This document shows, piece by piece, positions 35,753-45,498 of a stretch of DNA of 64,000 bases. This DNA comes from Eubacteriales bacterium (GTDB lineage Bacteria > Bacillota > Clostridia > Oscillospirales > CAG-272): the NCBI GenBank assembly GCA_045128735.1, contig JBGVRT010000007.1, forward strand, positions 31,003-95,002, given 5' to 3'. The notes beneath the pieces were generated by a model. That model worked only from the letters and a program-made list of their open reading frames with translations. It was not told where the DNA came from and searched no databases. The position numbers were made by a program, and so were the translations under genes. How positions within the stretch are numbered: position 1 is the stretch's first letter; every line of letters begins with the position of its first letter.

Positions 35753-36266
35753 AAAAAGCACTCGTAGACTGACTCTTGATGCACTCTTTCTTGCAATTGC
35801 CCTTATTTTTTCCTACATTGAGTCGATCTTTCCGCTAACGGCGTTTATTCCGTTGCCTGCTTTTAAGCTTGGTCTTGCCAATGTGGTGATTATGCTTGCC
35901 GTGTGGTGTGTGTCTGTTGGAGACGCAGCGCTTATATCGCTTGTCAGAGTAGTTGTAATGGGTTTGCTTTTTGGAAATCCCGTAAGTATTTGGTTTTCTA
36001 TGGGCGGCGCAGCATTTTCGATGTTGACTCTGTTCGTTTTGAATAAATTGTCAAGTGAAAGGTTCAGCTTTGTCGGAATATCTGTGCTGTCTGCGGCGGC
36101 ACACAACCTCGGGCAGGTAGTTGCGGCAAGCTTCTTATTCGGATTGAAAATAGTGTTTGCCTACTTACCTTTATTGCTTGTCGTTTCAACCTTGTTCGGC
36201 GGAATATGCGGTGCGGTAGTAAATACGGTTTATTCTAAAATTAAAAAAATTACGGTGAATAAATGA
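35739..36266 (+). CDS. Gx transporter family (heptaprenyl diphosphate synthase component I-like)
   Basis: SYIES..P.....FKLGLANVV, SAAAHNLGQ. Confidence 0.88.
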   Translation: MRLAEKSTRRLTLDALFLAIALIFSYIESIFPLTAFIPLPAFKLGLANVVIMLAVWCVSVGDAALISLVRVVVMGLLFGNPVSIWFSMGGAAFSMLTLFVLNKLSSERFSFVGISVLSAAAHNLGQVVAASFLFGLKIVFAYLPLLLVVSTLFGGICGAVVNTVYSKIKKITVNK

Positions 36267-37261
36267 AAAAAATTTTGTTGGTTTTTCTTGCCGCTTTGTT
36301 GCTAACCTCGTGCGCGCAGAAAAACGGGTATGAAAAGCACAGCTTTTTCTCGATGGACACCTTTGCGGAGGTGCGTAGTTATTCAAAGGTCGATGACACT
36401 ATAGCCACCCTCAAATCGGCACAGCGTGTCTCGGACAGTATAGAAGGCTCTGTGTCAAAAACACTTGAAGCGAGCTTTACGCATATATTAAATACTGTTT
36501 CTGATGGAAATATTCAGACTGACGAGTGGTTTACGGAGCTTCTTGATATGTCCGTAAAGCTTTCCGAGATTACAGACGGATATTTTAATCCGTTGAGCGG
36601 CGGTTTGGTTGAGCTGTGGGAAAACTGCGAAAGAGATCAAAGAATTCCTGTACAAGACGAGCTTACAGAACGGATTGTAAATATTGAAAACACGCAAATA
36701 CAGATAGGCGGGCAGTTTTCTATAACAAAAAAAGGCGACGCCAAGCTTGATTTTGGGGCTGTCGGAAAAGGGTACGCTGCTGATAAAATGGTAGACGAGC
36801 TGAAGAATAACGGAGTTGACGTAGGCATGGTAACGTTTGTCAGCACTGTTTCGGTTTTCGGTGAACGCGATTTCAAAATTGCTATCAGAACTCCCGACAC
36901 AAGCGGTGAGACGGCAGGTTATATAACTATGCGTAACCAGGCTCTTTCGGTTTCGGGCGATTACGAGAGGTTTTATACAATCAATGGCAAGAATTATACC
37001 CACATTATCGACCCACACAGCGGACTACCGGTATCAAACGGTATTCACAGCGTTGTGGTCGTGTGTGAAAGTGCAGCGGTTGCCGACGCTCTTTCAACCG
37101 CAATTTTTGCTATGGGAATAGAAAAGTCAACGGAACTTTACTCTTCGGGAAAGGTTGAATTCGAGGCGCTTATTATTACAGATGAGCATATTATTGTCAC
37201 GCCCCGAATGGCAGAAAAGTTTGAGCTTGTAAGCGACAGATATAAGCTCGCGGAAAATTAA
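36263..37261 (+). CDS. apbE: FAD:protein FMN transferase (ApbE), lipoprotein
   Basis: Lipobox LTSC; MDT, LDFGAVGKGYAAD, SGDYERF, HIIDP.SG, ADALSTA. Confidence 0.92.
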   Translation: MKKILLVFLAALLLTSCAQKNGYEKHSFFSMDTFAEVRSYSKVDDTIATLKSAQRVSDSIEGSVSKTLEASFTHILNTVSDGNIQTDEWFTELLDMSVKLSEITDGYFNPLSGGLVELWENCERDQRIPVQDELTERIVNIENTQIQIGGQFSITKKGDAKLDFGAVGKGYAADKMVDELKNNGVDVGMVTFVSTVSVFGERDFKIAIRTPDTSGETAGYITMRNQALSVSGDYERFYTINGKNYTHIIDPHSGLPVSNGIHSVVVVCESAAVADALSTAIFAMGIEKSTELYSSGKVEFEALIITDEHIIVTPRMAEKFELVSDRYKLAEN

Positions 37262-37271
37262 GGAGGCGAAT

Positions 37272-38159
37272 ATGTCTTTTTCAAGCGATTCAAAGCGTGA
37301 CCTTGCGCTTCAGCCTATACGGTCAAAATGTTGCTGTCGCGCTATGCTTTCTGGGCTGCTAATAGCGGCAAAGCTTAACGAAAATATGGTTTCTGTTGCG
37401 TTTGAAGCAGAGGAAATTGCTGTTCTTATGGCGACCCTTGTGCACGATCTTTTTTCGAAAGAATGCGAAATAGTCAGAAAAGTAATGTACGGGCGCGAAA
37501 AGTTTATTGTTAGTTTTGATTCTAAGCCGCTCAGAAATCTCGTAAAGGATTACGACAAAAAAGAGGAATCTATCTCGTCTCTTGTTCAGTTCAAGTGTGC
37601 TCAGTGCCGTGCAAGTTTTATGAAAGGGGGTTTTCTTGCTGTAGGAACTGTTAACGATCCCTTTAAGTCGCTTCACGCCGAGTTCTTGTTTTATGATGAG
37701 GAGAGAGCTGAAAAGCTTGATGCGTTTCTTGCGGAATTCGGTGTTCCTGCAAGAAAGGTAATCAGGGGGAATAAAATAGGCTTGTATTATAAAAAAGGCG
37801 ACGATATTGAAGACCTGTTTGGAAGAATAGGGGTCAACAATATTGTGTTTATGGTTGCCGATTCCAAAATACAAAGCGAGATACGTGGCAATGAGAACAG
37901 GGCCACAAACTGTGTTGCGACCAATATATCGCGCTCGGTAAACGCTACGGGAAAACAGATTGCCGCGATACTTAAACTCAAGGAGCATGGGAAATTTGAA
38001 TATCTTAGTGATGACTTGAAAATAACAGCGGAGCTCAGACTTGCCAATGACGATATTTCGCTTTCGGAGCTTGCGGAGATGCATGTTCCGCCTATATCAA
38101 AATCGGGCTTAAACCATAGACTTTCAAAGCTTATTGAGGAAGCAGAAAAGTTAAAATAG
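37272..38159 (+). CDS. whiA: DNA-binding protein WhiA
   Basis: MSFSS..K, GGFLAVGTVNDP, NRATNCVATNI, SL.EL...PPISKSGLNHRL. Confidence 0.92.
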   Translation: MSFSSDSKRDLALQPIRSKCCCRAMLSGLLIAAKLNENMVSVAFEAEEIAVLMATLVHDLFSKECEIVRKVMYGREKFIVSFDSKPLRNLVKDYDKKEESISSLVQFKCAQCRASFMKGGFLAVGTVNDPFKSLHAEFLFYDEERAEKLDAFLAEFGVPARKVIRGNKIGLYYKKGDDIEDLFGRIGVNNIVFMVADSKIQSEIRGNENRATNCVATNISRSVNATGKQIAAILKLKEHGKFEYLSDDLKITAELRLANDDISLSELAEMHVPPISKSGLNHRLSKLIEEAEKLK

Positions 38160-38172
38160 AGAGGAAAAACAT

Positions 38173-41100
38173 ATGTCGGACTTTGTACATCTTCATTTGC
38201 ACAGTGAATATAGCCTGCTTGACGGTGCTTGCCGAATTTCGGAAATACCGAAAAGAGCGGCTGAGTGCGGACATAAAGCGGTTGCGATAACCGACCACGG
38301 CGCTATGTACGGCTCGGTTGCGTTTTACCGCGTGTGCCGTGAAAACGGTATAAAGCCGATAATAGGATGCGAGGTGTACGTAGCGCGCAAATCGCGTCTT
38401 GGGAAAAATGCGGATGCGGAAAATCCATCCGATCATCTTGTTCTTCTTTGTAAAAACGAAATAGGCTATAAAAACCTTATAGCTATGGTTTCAAGAGGCT
38501 TTACCGAAGGTTTTTATTCTAAACCGCGAGTTGACAGAGATTTGCTCTCCAAGCATTCAGAGGGACTTGTGGCACTTTCCGCATGCCTTGCCGGGGCAAT
38601 ACCGAGAATGCTTTTGGCGGGGGATTACGAAGGGGCTTGCGAATACGCCAGGGAAATGGCGTCTTATTTCGAGAAAGACAGCTTTTATATCGAGCTTCAA
38701 GACCACGGCATAGAAGAACAAAAACAGATTTTACCGTTGCTTGTAAAGCTTGCCGACGAATGCGGTTTGCCACTTGTAGCGACTAACGACTGTCACTATC
38801 TCCGTAGGAAGGATGCACGTACTCAGGCGATTCTTATGTGCATACAGACCAACAACGTTATAACCAACGGTAGACCTATCGGATTCGAAACTGACGAGTT
38901 TTACTATAAAACAACCGATGAAATGCGCGCGCTTTTTGGAGCGTATGAGGGGGCTATTGAAAACACGGTCAAAATTGCCGATATGTGCAATTTTGATTTT
39001 GAGTTTGGTAAAACTCTGCTTCCGAAGTTTGAATGTCCCAACGAAAAATCGGCAGGCGAATATCTTTTCGAGCTTGCTCAAAGCGGCTTTGAAAAACGCG
39101 TAAGCGACGGAAAAATTGTTTTTGATTCACATACACGCGATGAGTATGAGGATAGAATTAAATACGAGCTTTCGGTAATTGATCAGATGGGATATTCGGA
39201 CTATTTTTTGATAGTCCAGGATTACGTAAATTACGCGCGCGCTAAGGACATACCCGTAGGTCCGGGGCGTGGCTCGGGGGCGGGAAGCTTGGTAGCATTT
39301 CTTATCGGAATTACCGATGTGGATTCGATCAAGTTTGATCTGCTTTTCGAGCGTTTCCTTAACCCCGAGCGTGTAAGCATGCCCGATATAGATATTGACT
39401 TCTGCTACGCACGACGCGACGAAGTTATAAAGTACGTGGGCGAACACTACGGAAATGAGCGTGTTTCGCAGATTATTACTTTTGGTACGCTTGCGGCTAA
39501 AGCGGCAATACGCGATGTGGGCAGAGCGCTTGGAATGTCGTATTCCGAGGTTGATGCAGTGGCGAAAATGATACCGAGGGAACTTGATATAACCATTGCA
39601 GATGCGCTGAAAAATCCCGAGTTCAGAGAGCTGTACGACTCAGACGACAATATTCACGAGCTTGTATATACAGCAATGGCTCTTGAGGGAATGCCAAGAA
39701 ACGTATCGGTTCACGCCGCGGGAGTGGTGATAACCGATAGGGCGATAGCCGAGTACGTTCCGCTTGCCAAAAGCAATGACGTGGTGGTAACGCAGTATGA
39801 TATGAACACCATTGCCGATTTGGGACTTCTTAAATTCGACTTTCTCTCTCTACGAAATCTTACTGTTATTAAGGACGCGGAAGATCAGGTAAGGGAAAGA
39901 TATCCCGATTTCGATATTGAAAAAATTCCGCTTGATGACAAGCCTACCTTTGAAACAATAGCAAACGGCAATACGTCGGGCATATTCCAGCTTGAATCGG
40001 GTGGAATGAGACAGATGCTTATGGGGCTTCGCCCCGATTGCCTTGAGGATATTATTGCGGCAATATCGCTCTACCGCCCGGGACCAATGGACTCGATTCC
40101 CAAGTATATTGAAAATAAAAACAACAGAGAAGCCATAAAATATGTAACTCCGCTGCTTGAACCTATACTTCGCCCGACTTACGGCTGTATAGTTTATCAA
40201 GAGCAGGTAATGGAGATATTCAGAAGTGTTGCGGGCTACACATTCGGTCACGCGGATGTTGTGCGCCGCGCTATGGCAAAAAAGCACGCCGATGAGATAG
40301 AGGCAGAGCGAGAAGGCTTTGTGAAGGGCGCGGTAGAACGCGGAGTTGATGAAAGTGCGGCAATTGCTTTGTTTGAGGATATGGCTGACTTTGCCAAGTA
40401 CGCCTTCAACAAGAGTCACGCGGCGGCTTATTCCATCGTTTCGTACCGCATTGCGTATCTTAAGGTGCACTATCCGCGCGAATATATGGCGGCTTTGCTT
40501 ACGTCTGTGCTTGGAAATATGGGCAAGGTGAGCGAATATATAGCCGAATGCGGCAAAATGGGAATAAAGGTTTTGCCCCCCGATATAAATTGCAGTAACA
40601 TTTATTTCCACGTGGACGGCAACAACATTCGCTTCGGGCTTCTTGCTTTGAAAAATATCGGAAAGCTTTTCGCAAGTCAGATTATAAATGAGCGAAAGAA
40701 CAGACGGTATACTTCGTTTGACGATTTTGTCAGCAGAATGTCGGGCAAGGACCTTAATAAGCGCCAGGTTGAAACGCTTATCAAGGCGGGCGCTTTCGAC
40801 AGCCTCGGAGTTCCGCGCAAAGCGATAATGGCGGTTTATGAAAAAATAGTAGACGGCGTAAATCAGCAGGGCAGAAGCAATCTTGAAGGACAGCTTGATA
40901 TGTTCTCAAGCGTTCCCGATGTTGATATTGCTCCAAAATACGAGTATCCCGATATGCCTGAATATTCTCCGAGGGAAATTCTCAACTTTGAAAAAGATGT
41001 TTCGGGTATGTATTTCTCGGGACATATTCTTGATGGGTATTCAAAGCATATGGCTGATATAGGAGGAACTGCAATTTCAAAGCTTTTGGGTGACGAGGAG

Positions 41101-41673
41101 GAAGAAGGCGCGGCTGACGGTACGCGTGTTACCGTTTGCGGAATTATAAACGACATAACCTTGAAAAACACAAAAAACGGAGATAGAATGGCGTTTGTTT
41201 CGCTTGAAGATAACAGCGGAGAAATCGAATGTATTGTATTCCCGAAGATTTACGAGCGCGTTGCTCATATTTTGAGACTTGATAATTGTATAGCATTGAA
41301 CGCCAACGTAACAACGAGAGATGATGACGTGAAGCTTCTTGTATCGGGTATCAACGAGCTTGAAGAAAACTCCACCTATCAAGAAAAGCCTAAACGGACA
41401 GCTCAAACGGCACAGCCCGCACAAATCCATCGTTCTGCAACGTCCTCACCGCAAAGAGTAAAAAAACTTTTCATAAGGCTTCCGAGTCTTGAGTGTGAGC
41501 AGGCAAAAAAAGCAAAAAATCTTGTGGAGATTTTTGAGGGCGATACTGCGGTAATGCTTTTTGATAACAGTACAAAGCAGTATACGCCAATTCAATCACG
41601 GGCAGACGTTTCTGGCGTTCTTGTTTCTGAGCTTAAAACCTTACTTGGAGACGAAAACGTTGTTCTCGGTTGA
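38173..41673 (+). CDS. dnaE: DNA polymerase III subunit alpha
   Basis: FVHLHLHSEYSLLDG, GPGRGSGAGS, SMPDIDIDF, YAFNKSH. Confidence 0.98.
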   Translation: MSDFVHLHLHSEYSLLDGACRISEIPKRAAECGHKAVAITDHGAMYGSVAFYRVCRENGIKPIIGCEVYVARKSRLGKNADAENPSDHLVLLCKNEIGYKNLIAMVSRGFTEGFYSKPRVDRDLLSKHSEGLVALSACLAGAIPRMLLAGDYEGACEYAREMASYFEKDSFYIELQDHGIEEQKQILPLLVKLADECGLPLVATNDCHYLRRKDARTQAILMCIQTNNVITNGRPIGFETDEFYYKTTDEMRALFGAYEGAIENTVKIADMCNFDFEFGKTLLPKFECPNEKSAGEYLFELAQSGFEKRVSDGKIVFDSHTRDEYEDRIKYELSVIDQMGYSDYFLIVQDYVNYARAKDIPVGPGRGSGAGSLVAFLIGITDVDSIKFDLLFERFLNPERVSMPDIDIDFCYARRDEVIKYVGEHYGNERVSQIITFGTLAAKAAIRDVGRALGMSYSEVDAVAKMIPRELDITIADALKNPEFRELYDSDDNIHELVYTAMALEGMPRNVSVHAAGVVITDRAIAEYVPLAKSNDVVVTQYDMNTIADLGLLKFDFLSLRNLTVIKDAEDQVRERYPDFDIEKIPLDDKPTFETIANGNTSGIFQLESGGMRQMLMGLRPDCLEDIIAAISLYRPGPMDSIPKYIENKNNREAIKYVTPLLEPILRPTYGCIVYQEQVMEIFRSVAGYTFGHADVVRRAMAKKHADEIEAEREGFVKGAVERGVDESAAIALFEDMADFAKYAFNKSHAAAYSIVSYRIAYLKVHYPREYMAALLTSVLGNMGKVSEYIAECGKMGIKVLPPDINCSNIYFHVDGNNIRFGLLALKNIGKLFASQIINERKNRRYTSFDDFVSRMSGKDLNKRQVETLIKAGAFDSLGVPRKAIMAVYEKIVDGVNQQGRSNLEGQLDMFSSVPDVDIAPKYEYPDMPEYSPREILNFEKDVSGMYFSGHILDGYSKHMADIGGTAISKLLGDEEEEGAADGTRVTVCGIINDITLKNTKNGDRMAFVSLEDNSGEIECIVFPKIYERVAHILRLDNCIALNANVTTRDDDVKLLVSGINELEENSTYQEKPKRTAQTAQPAQIHRSATSSPQRVKKLFIRLPSLECEQAKKAKNLVEIFEGDTAVMLFDNSTKQYTPIQSRADVSGVLVSELKTLLGDENVVLG

Positions 41674-41678
41674 CAAAA

Positions 41679-41712
41679 TAAGGAGACAGAGTAAAAAACT
41701 TTGTCTCCTTTT
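41679..41712 (+). terminator. Intrinsic terminator after dnaE
   Basis: AAGGAGACAGAG...CTTTGTCTCCTTTT. Confidence 0.75.
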
Positions 41713-41771
41713 CTGTTTGGAAATTCTTTTTGCGGTTAATACTATTTTTGAAAAAAACAGGGAGAATAAAA

Positions 41772-44204
41772 ATGAAAGTAAGGCCGCGAAAAAGGAATAT
41801 TTTGGTTCGCATTGCATTAGCGATGCTTGTGCTTTTGCTGGTAGCCTCAGCAGGAGTTACAGCGTATATTTTTACTCACTTTGAAACCGAGGTTGATATG
41901 TCAATGTTTGGCACGGAGATTCTCGACTCAACAACAAGATTTTATCTTCTCGGTGCAGACGGAGAGCCAGAGGAGCTTGAGGAGACCTTGAGGGGAAGCA
42001 GGAAAATTTTATACAGCCATTATGACGAGATACCTCAAAATTTGAAGGATGCCTTTGTCGCTATAGAGGACAAGCGCTTTTTCGAGCACAACGGCGTTGA
42101 TATTTTAAGAACAGTAAGGGCGGCGGCAAACTATGTATTTGGATTTGATGAGCGTTTCGGAGCGTCTACAATAACTCAACAGCTTATAAAAAACGTCAGC
42201 GGAAAGGATGAAATCACTGCGGAACGTAAAATTCAGGAAATTTTGTGGGCGTTTGACCTTGAGAAGAAAATGAGCAAGGAAGAAATACTTGAAAATTATC
42301 TGAATGTAATAAATCTCTCACAAGGATGTTACGGGGTGGGAGCGGCGGCGGATATATATTTCTCGAAGAACGTAAGCGACCTTACTCTTGCTGAATCAGC
42401 CTCAATTGCCGCAATAACAAACAGTCCGACCTATTATAATCCTATAAAAAATCCCGACAACAACAGGGAACGTCGGGATTTGATTCTCGGAGAAATGCTT
42501 GCGCAGGGATTTATTGAGGAGAGTGAGTACGCTGAGGCGGTCGGCGGTGAAGTGAGTCTCAACGTAAATGAGACTGCGTTGGCTGAGATTACCAATTCTT
42601 GGTATATTGATATGGTAGTCGACGACGTTGTCGCAGATCTTGTTTCTCAATACGGAATGTCATACGAAACGGCGGCTCGTACCGTTTATAATGGTGGACT
42701 TAGAATAGTTACCGCAATGAATAAAACTGTCCAGAATACTCTTGAAAAGTACTATTCAAATCTTTCGAATTTCAAATATGGCGGAAAAGCTATGGCTGAA
42801 TCTGCTATGATAGTGATTGATCCACACAGTGGAAATATTCTCGGTGTGGTTGGTGCAATAGGTGATAAGGAAGGAAACAGAATACAAAGCTTTGCAACCG
42901 ATTCAAAACGTCCTTCGGGCTCTGTAATAAAGCCATTGTCAGTTTATGCTCCCGCGCTTGAAAAGGGAATTGCCGATTACGCAAGCGTTTATGATGACGT
43001 TCCCATTGAATTTATTAAACTGAACAACGGATACAAGCTGTGGCCTCAAAACGCAAATCTTGTTTATAACGGGCTTGTTAACGTAAATTACGCGCTTAAA
43101 AATTCCCTGAATACTGTGGCGTTGAAGGTCCTTTATGAGGTCGGAGTCGGAAATTCCTTCGATTTCCTTAAAAATAAGCTTGGTATGAAAAGTCTTATAG
43201 ACGGTGAGGTTACGCCTGCAGGCTATCTTACAGATAAAGCCCCCGCGGCGTTGGCGCTTGGGCAAATGAACTACGGTGTTACACTTCGTGAGTTGACTGA
43301 AGCATATTCGATTTTTGCAAACGGCGGACAGACAAGCCGCGGACGTTCTTATATATCGGTAAGTGATTCCAAGGGAAGGGTTTTGCTTGATAATTCCGAG
43401 CACCACGAATATGCAATAAGCCCCGAAAATGCGTTTATTATGACTAAAATGCTTCAAAACGTTATAACCACGGGAACAGCGCGCGCGATAACGCTGGATA
43501 ATATGGTGCCTGTTGCAGGAAAAACGGGCACAACACAAAACGATTGCGACAAGTGGTTTGTTGCATATACTCCCTATTGTTTGGGCGGCGTTTGGTATGG
43601 CTACGAATACCCTGTTCCGATAGGCAAAAATGAAAAAAATGCTTATCTTGAAATATGGAACGACGTGATGACCGAGCTTCATAAAAGCTATTTCATACCG
43701 ACTTATGGGCGCAAGAGCTTTGATGAAAACCAAAATGTTACAAGAGTTACGTATTGTAAAGACTCGGGCAAGCTGATGACAAGTGCGTGCTATCTTGATC
43801 CGCGCCTGAACAGAGCCGAAACGGGATATTTCATCAAGGGGAGCGAGCCGAATAGCTACTGTGACCGCCATAAGATAATTGAATATGACGCAGACGGAGC
43901 AGGTGTTGCTTGCGAGGATTGCGATTACGAGGGAATAGTGGATATCGGTCTTGTCAGGGTAACTCGCAATTTCCCGATGCAGATATACGTTACCGATGCC
44001 CAATACGTTTGCCGCGATGTTCCTGCCGATACACCAATATCAACCGACGGAAGTGCGTATTTTTCAAGGTCACTCGCTAAAAACAGCTACTGCGGAATGT
44101 CAAATACAGAACAGCAATTCAACCGTGGGTGCGCTCTGCATCTTAACTATGCCGAGTGGATTCTCAAGAAAAAACTTGATGGCGAAGCCGAACAAATAGA
44201 ATAA
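41772..44204 (+). CDS. Class A penicillin-binding protein (PBP1A family)
   Basis: EDKRFFEH.GVD, GASTITQQL, SVIK (SxxK), SLN, KTGTT; Cys-rich C-terminal extension. Confidence 0.93.
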   Translation: MKVRPRKRNILVRIALAMLVLLLVASAGVTAYIFTHFETEVDMSMFGTEILDSTTRFYLLGADGEPEELEETLRGSRKILYSHYDEIPQNLKDAFVAIEDKRFFEHNGVDILRTVRAAANYVFGFDERFGASTITQQLIKNVSGKDEITAERKIQEILWAFDLEKKMSKEEILENYLNVINLSQGCYGVGAAADIYFSKNVSDLTLAESASIAAITNSPTYYNPIKNPDNNRERRDLILGEMLAQGFIEESEYAEAVGGEVSLNVNETALAEITNSWYIDMVVDDVVADLVSQYGMSYETAARTVYNGGLRIVTAMNKTVQNTLEKYYSNLSNFKYGGKAMAESAMIVIDPHSGNILGVVGAIGDKEGNRIQSFATDSKRPSGSVIKPLSVYAPALEKGIADYASVYDDVPIEFIKLNNGYKLWPQNANLVYNGLVNVNYALKNSLNTVALKVLYEVGVGNSFDFLKNKLGMKSLIDGEVTPAGYLTDKAPAALALGQMNYGVTLRELTEAYSIFANGGQTSRGRSYISVSDSKGRVLLDNSEHHEYAISPENAFIMTKMLQNVITTGTARAITLDNMVPVAGKTGTTQNDCDKWFVAYTPYCLGGVWYGYEYPVPIGKNEKNAYLEIWNDVMTELHKSYFIPTYGRKSFDENQNVTRVTYCKDSGKLMTSACYLDPRLNRAETGYFIKGSEPNSYCDRHKIIEYDADGAGVACEDCDYEGIVDIGLVRVTRNFPMQIYVTDAQYVCRDVPADTPISTDGSAYFSRSLAKNSYCGMSNTEQQFNRGCALHLNYAEWILKKKLDGEAEQIE

Positions 44205-44236
44205 ATTTTATATCACCTCACATATATTTTTGCGAG

Positions 44237-44749
44237 GTGATTTTTTTGATTGGATATAAGATTCGCTGTGAAATTGAAAAAATAAACTTAGTTTTCGTTG
44301 CGATTTTGGCGTTTTTGTTTCTTGCGGTTGATTTTGCGGTTTGGTGCGTGTCGGCAAGTCCGCTTTATTTGTTGCGTACAGTTGCCGACAAACTTCCCGT
44401 TTTACCGCTTTGGCTTTTTGGGCTTTTCGACTTGCTTGCGTTCACACTTTTTGGCGCTGCGCTTGGAACTGCTTTAAGTAATAAACAGCGGTGTGAGGTG
44501 GAAAAGTACAGAGGTGCGTTCTATTTTATAATCGGGGTAGTACTTGCATATCTTCACCACGTTATATTGTTTTCATTTCTTGGATTCTTTCTTTCTGCGC
44601 TTATTTCGATGGCGGTATGCTTTTTTATCTTAATTGCCTCGGTGAATTTTGCGAGAGTATCAAAAGTGGCAATGCTTTTTTCTGCATTGGGCGGAGCTTG
44701 GAGTATTTACATTTTTTTGTTCAGTATATTCGTTTTCTTTTGGATATAA
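44237..44749 (+). CDS. Integral membrane protein, possibly TspO/MBR-like
   Basis: About 5 hydrophobic helices; LPLWLFG resembles the TspO PPxWxF motif; start uncertain. Confidence 0.5.
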   Translation: MIFLIGYKIRCEIEKINLVFVAILAFLFLAVDFAVWCVSASPLYLLRTVADKLPVLPLWLFGLFDLLAFTLFGAALGTALSNKQRCEVEKYRGAFYFIIGVVLAYLHHVILFSFLGFFLSALISMAVCFFILIASVNFARVSKVAMLFSALGGAWSIYIFLFSIFVFFWI

Positions 44750-44844
44750 ATAAGAATTTTAATTAAAACCGCTAAATTTATTGACAAATAGAAAAAAATG
44801 TAGTATAATCAACATATAGAAATTTTCTTTTGGAGGAATGAAAA

Positions 44845-45303
44845 ATGAAGAAATTACTTTGCTTGTTTGTTGCTATGCTTATGATTATGGCTACACTTGT
44901 AGCTTGCGGCGGTAATGGCGATGAAACTACTCCCCCCGTTGTTGATAATGACGAGCAGGGTACAGTAGATCCTATCACCCTTAACATCGTTGTAAGAGCA
45001 TCTGCAGACGGTGAGAACGTTTACGAGAGTGGTGCTAACGGATACGAGTATACACTTGCTGACCGCACAGTACTTACAATCCTTGAGGACTTTATGCTTA
45101 TCGAGTACGACGTTGTAATCGAATATGACGAAAACGGCAAGCTTGTTAAGGTTGGCGATATCGAAGCTTCGGCTACTCAGCTTTGGGGCTTCAGCCAGGC
45201 TTCTGCACCCAAGGGTGTTGCAGAGGTAGAGCCTGTTGACGGAAACATCGACGAATACAAGAAGGTTAACGACGGCGATACACTCGTTATCTACCTTATG
45301 TGA
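44845..45303 (+). CDS. Lipoprotein, DUF4430-like domain
   Basis: Lipobox LVAC; TVLTILED...W.F...Y.KVNDGDTLVIY pattern. Confidence 0.6.
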   Translation: MKKLLCLFVAMLMIMATLVACGGNGDETTPPVVDNDEQGTVDPITLNIVVRASADGENVYESGANGYEYTLADRTVLTILEDFMLIEYDVVIEYDENGKLVKVGDIEASATQLWGFSQASAPKGVAEVEPVDGNIDEYKKVNDGDTLVIYLM

Positions 45304-45319
45304 TTAAATATCAAATCGT

Positions 45320-45349
45320 AGAGCTGCACAACTTTGTGCGGCTCTTTTT
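45320..45349 (+). terminator. Intrinsic terminator
   Basis: AGAGCTGCACAA-CT-TTGTGCGGCTCTTTTT. Confidence 0.8.
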
Positions 45350-45498
45350 ATACATTTTAACAAAAAAACTTACAAAACAAGTATAAAATCTTAAAAAAAG
45401 TCACAACTTCGAGGATATAAGTTATTGACATAAACGTCATAATTTGATATAATTTATTTGCGGAATCAAATTTTCTATAAAGAAAGGAATTTATTTTT

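Noticed and set aside
37272-38159. LAGLIDADG-derived fold as a mobile homing endonuclease
   Set aside because: It is the domesticated core gene whiA in its usual clostridial context upstream of dnaE
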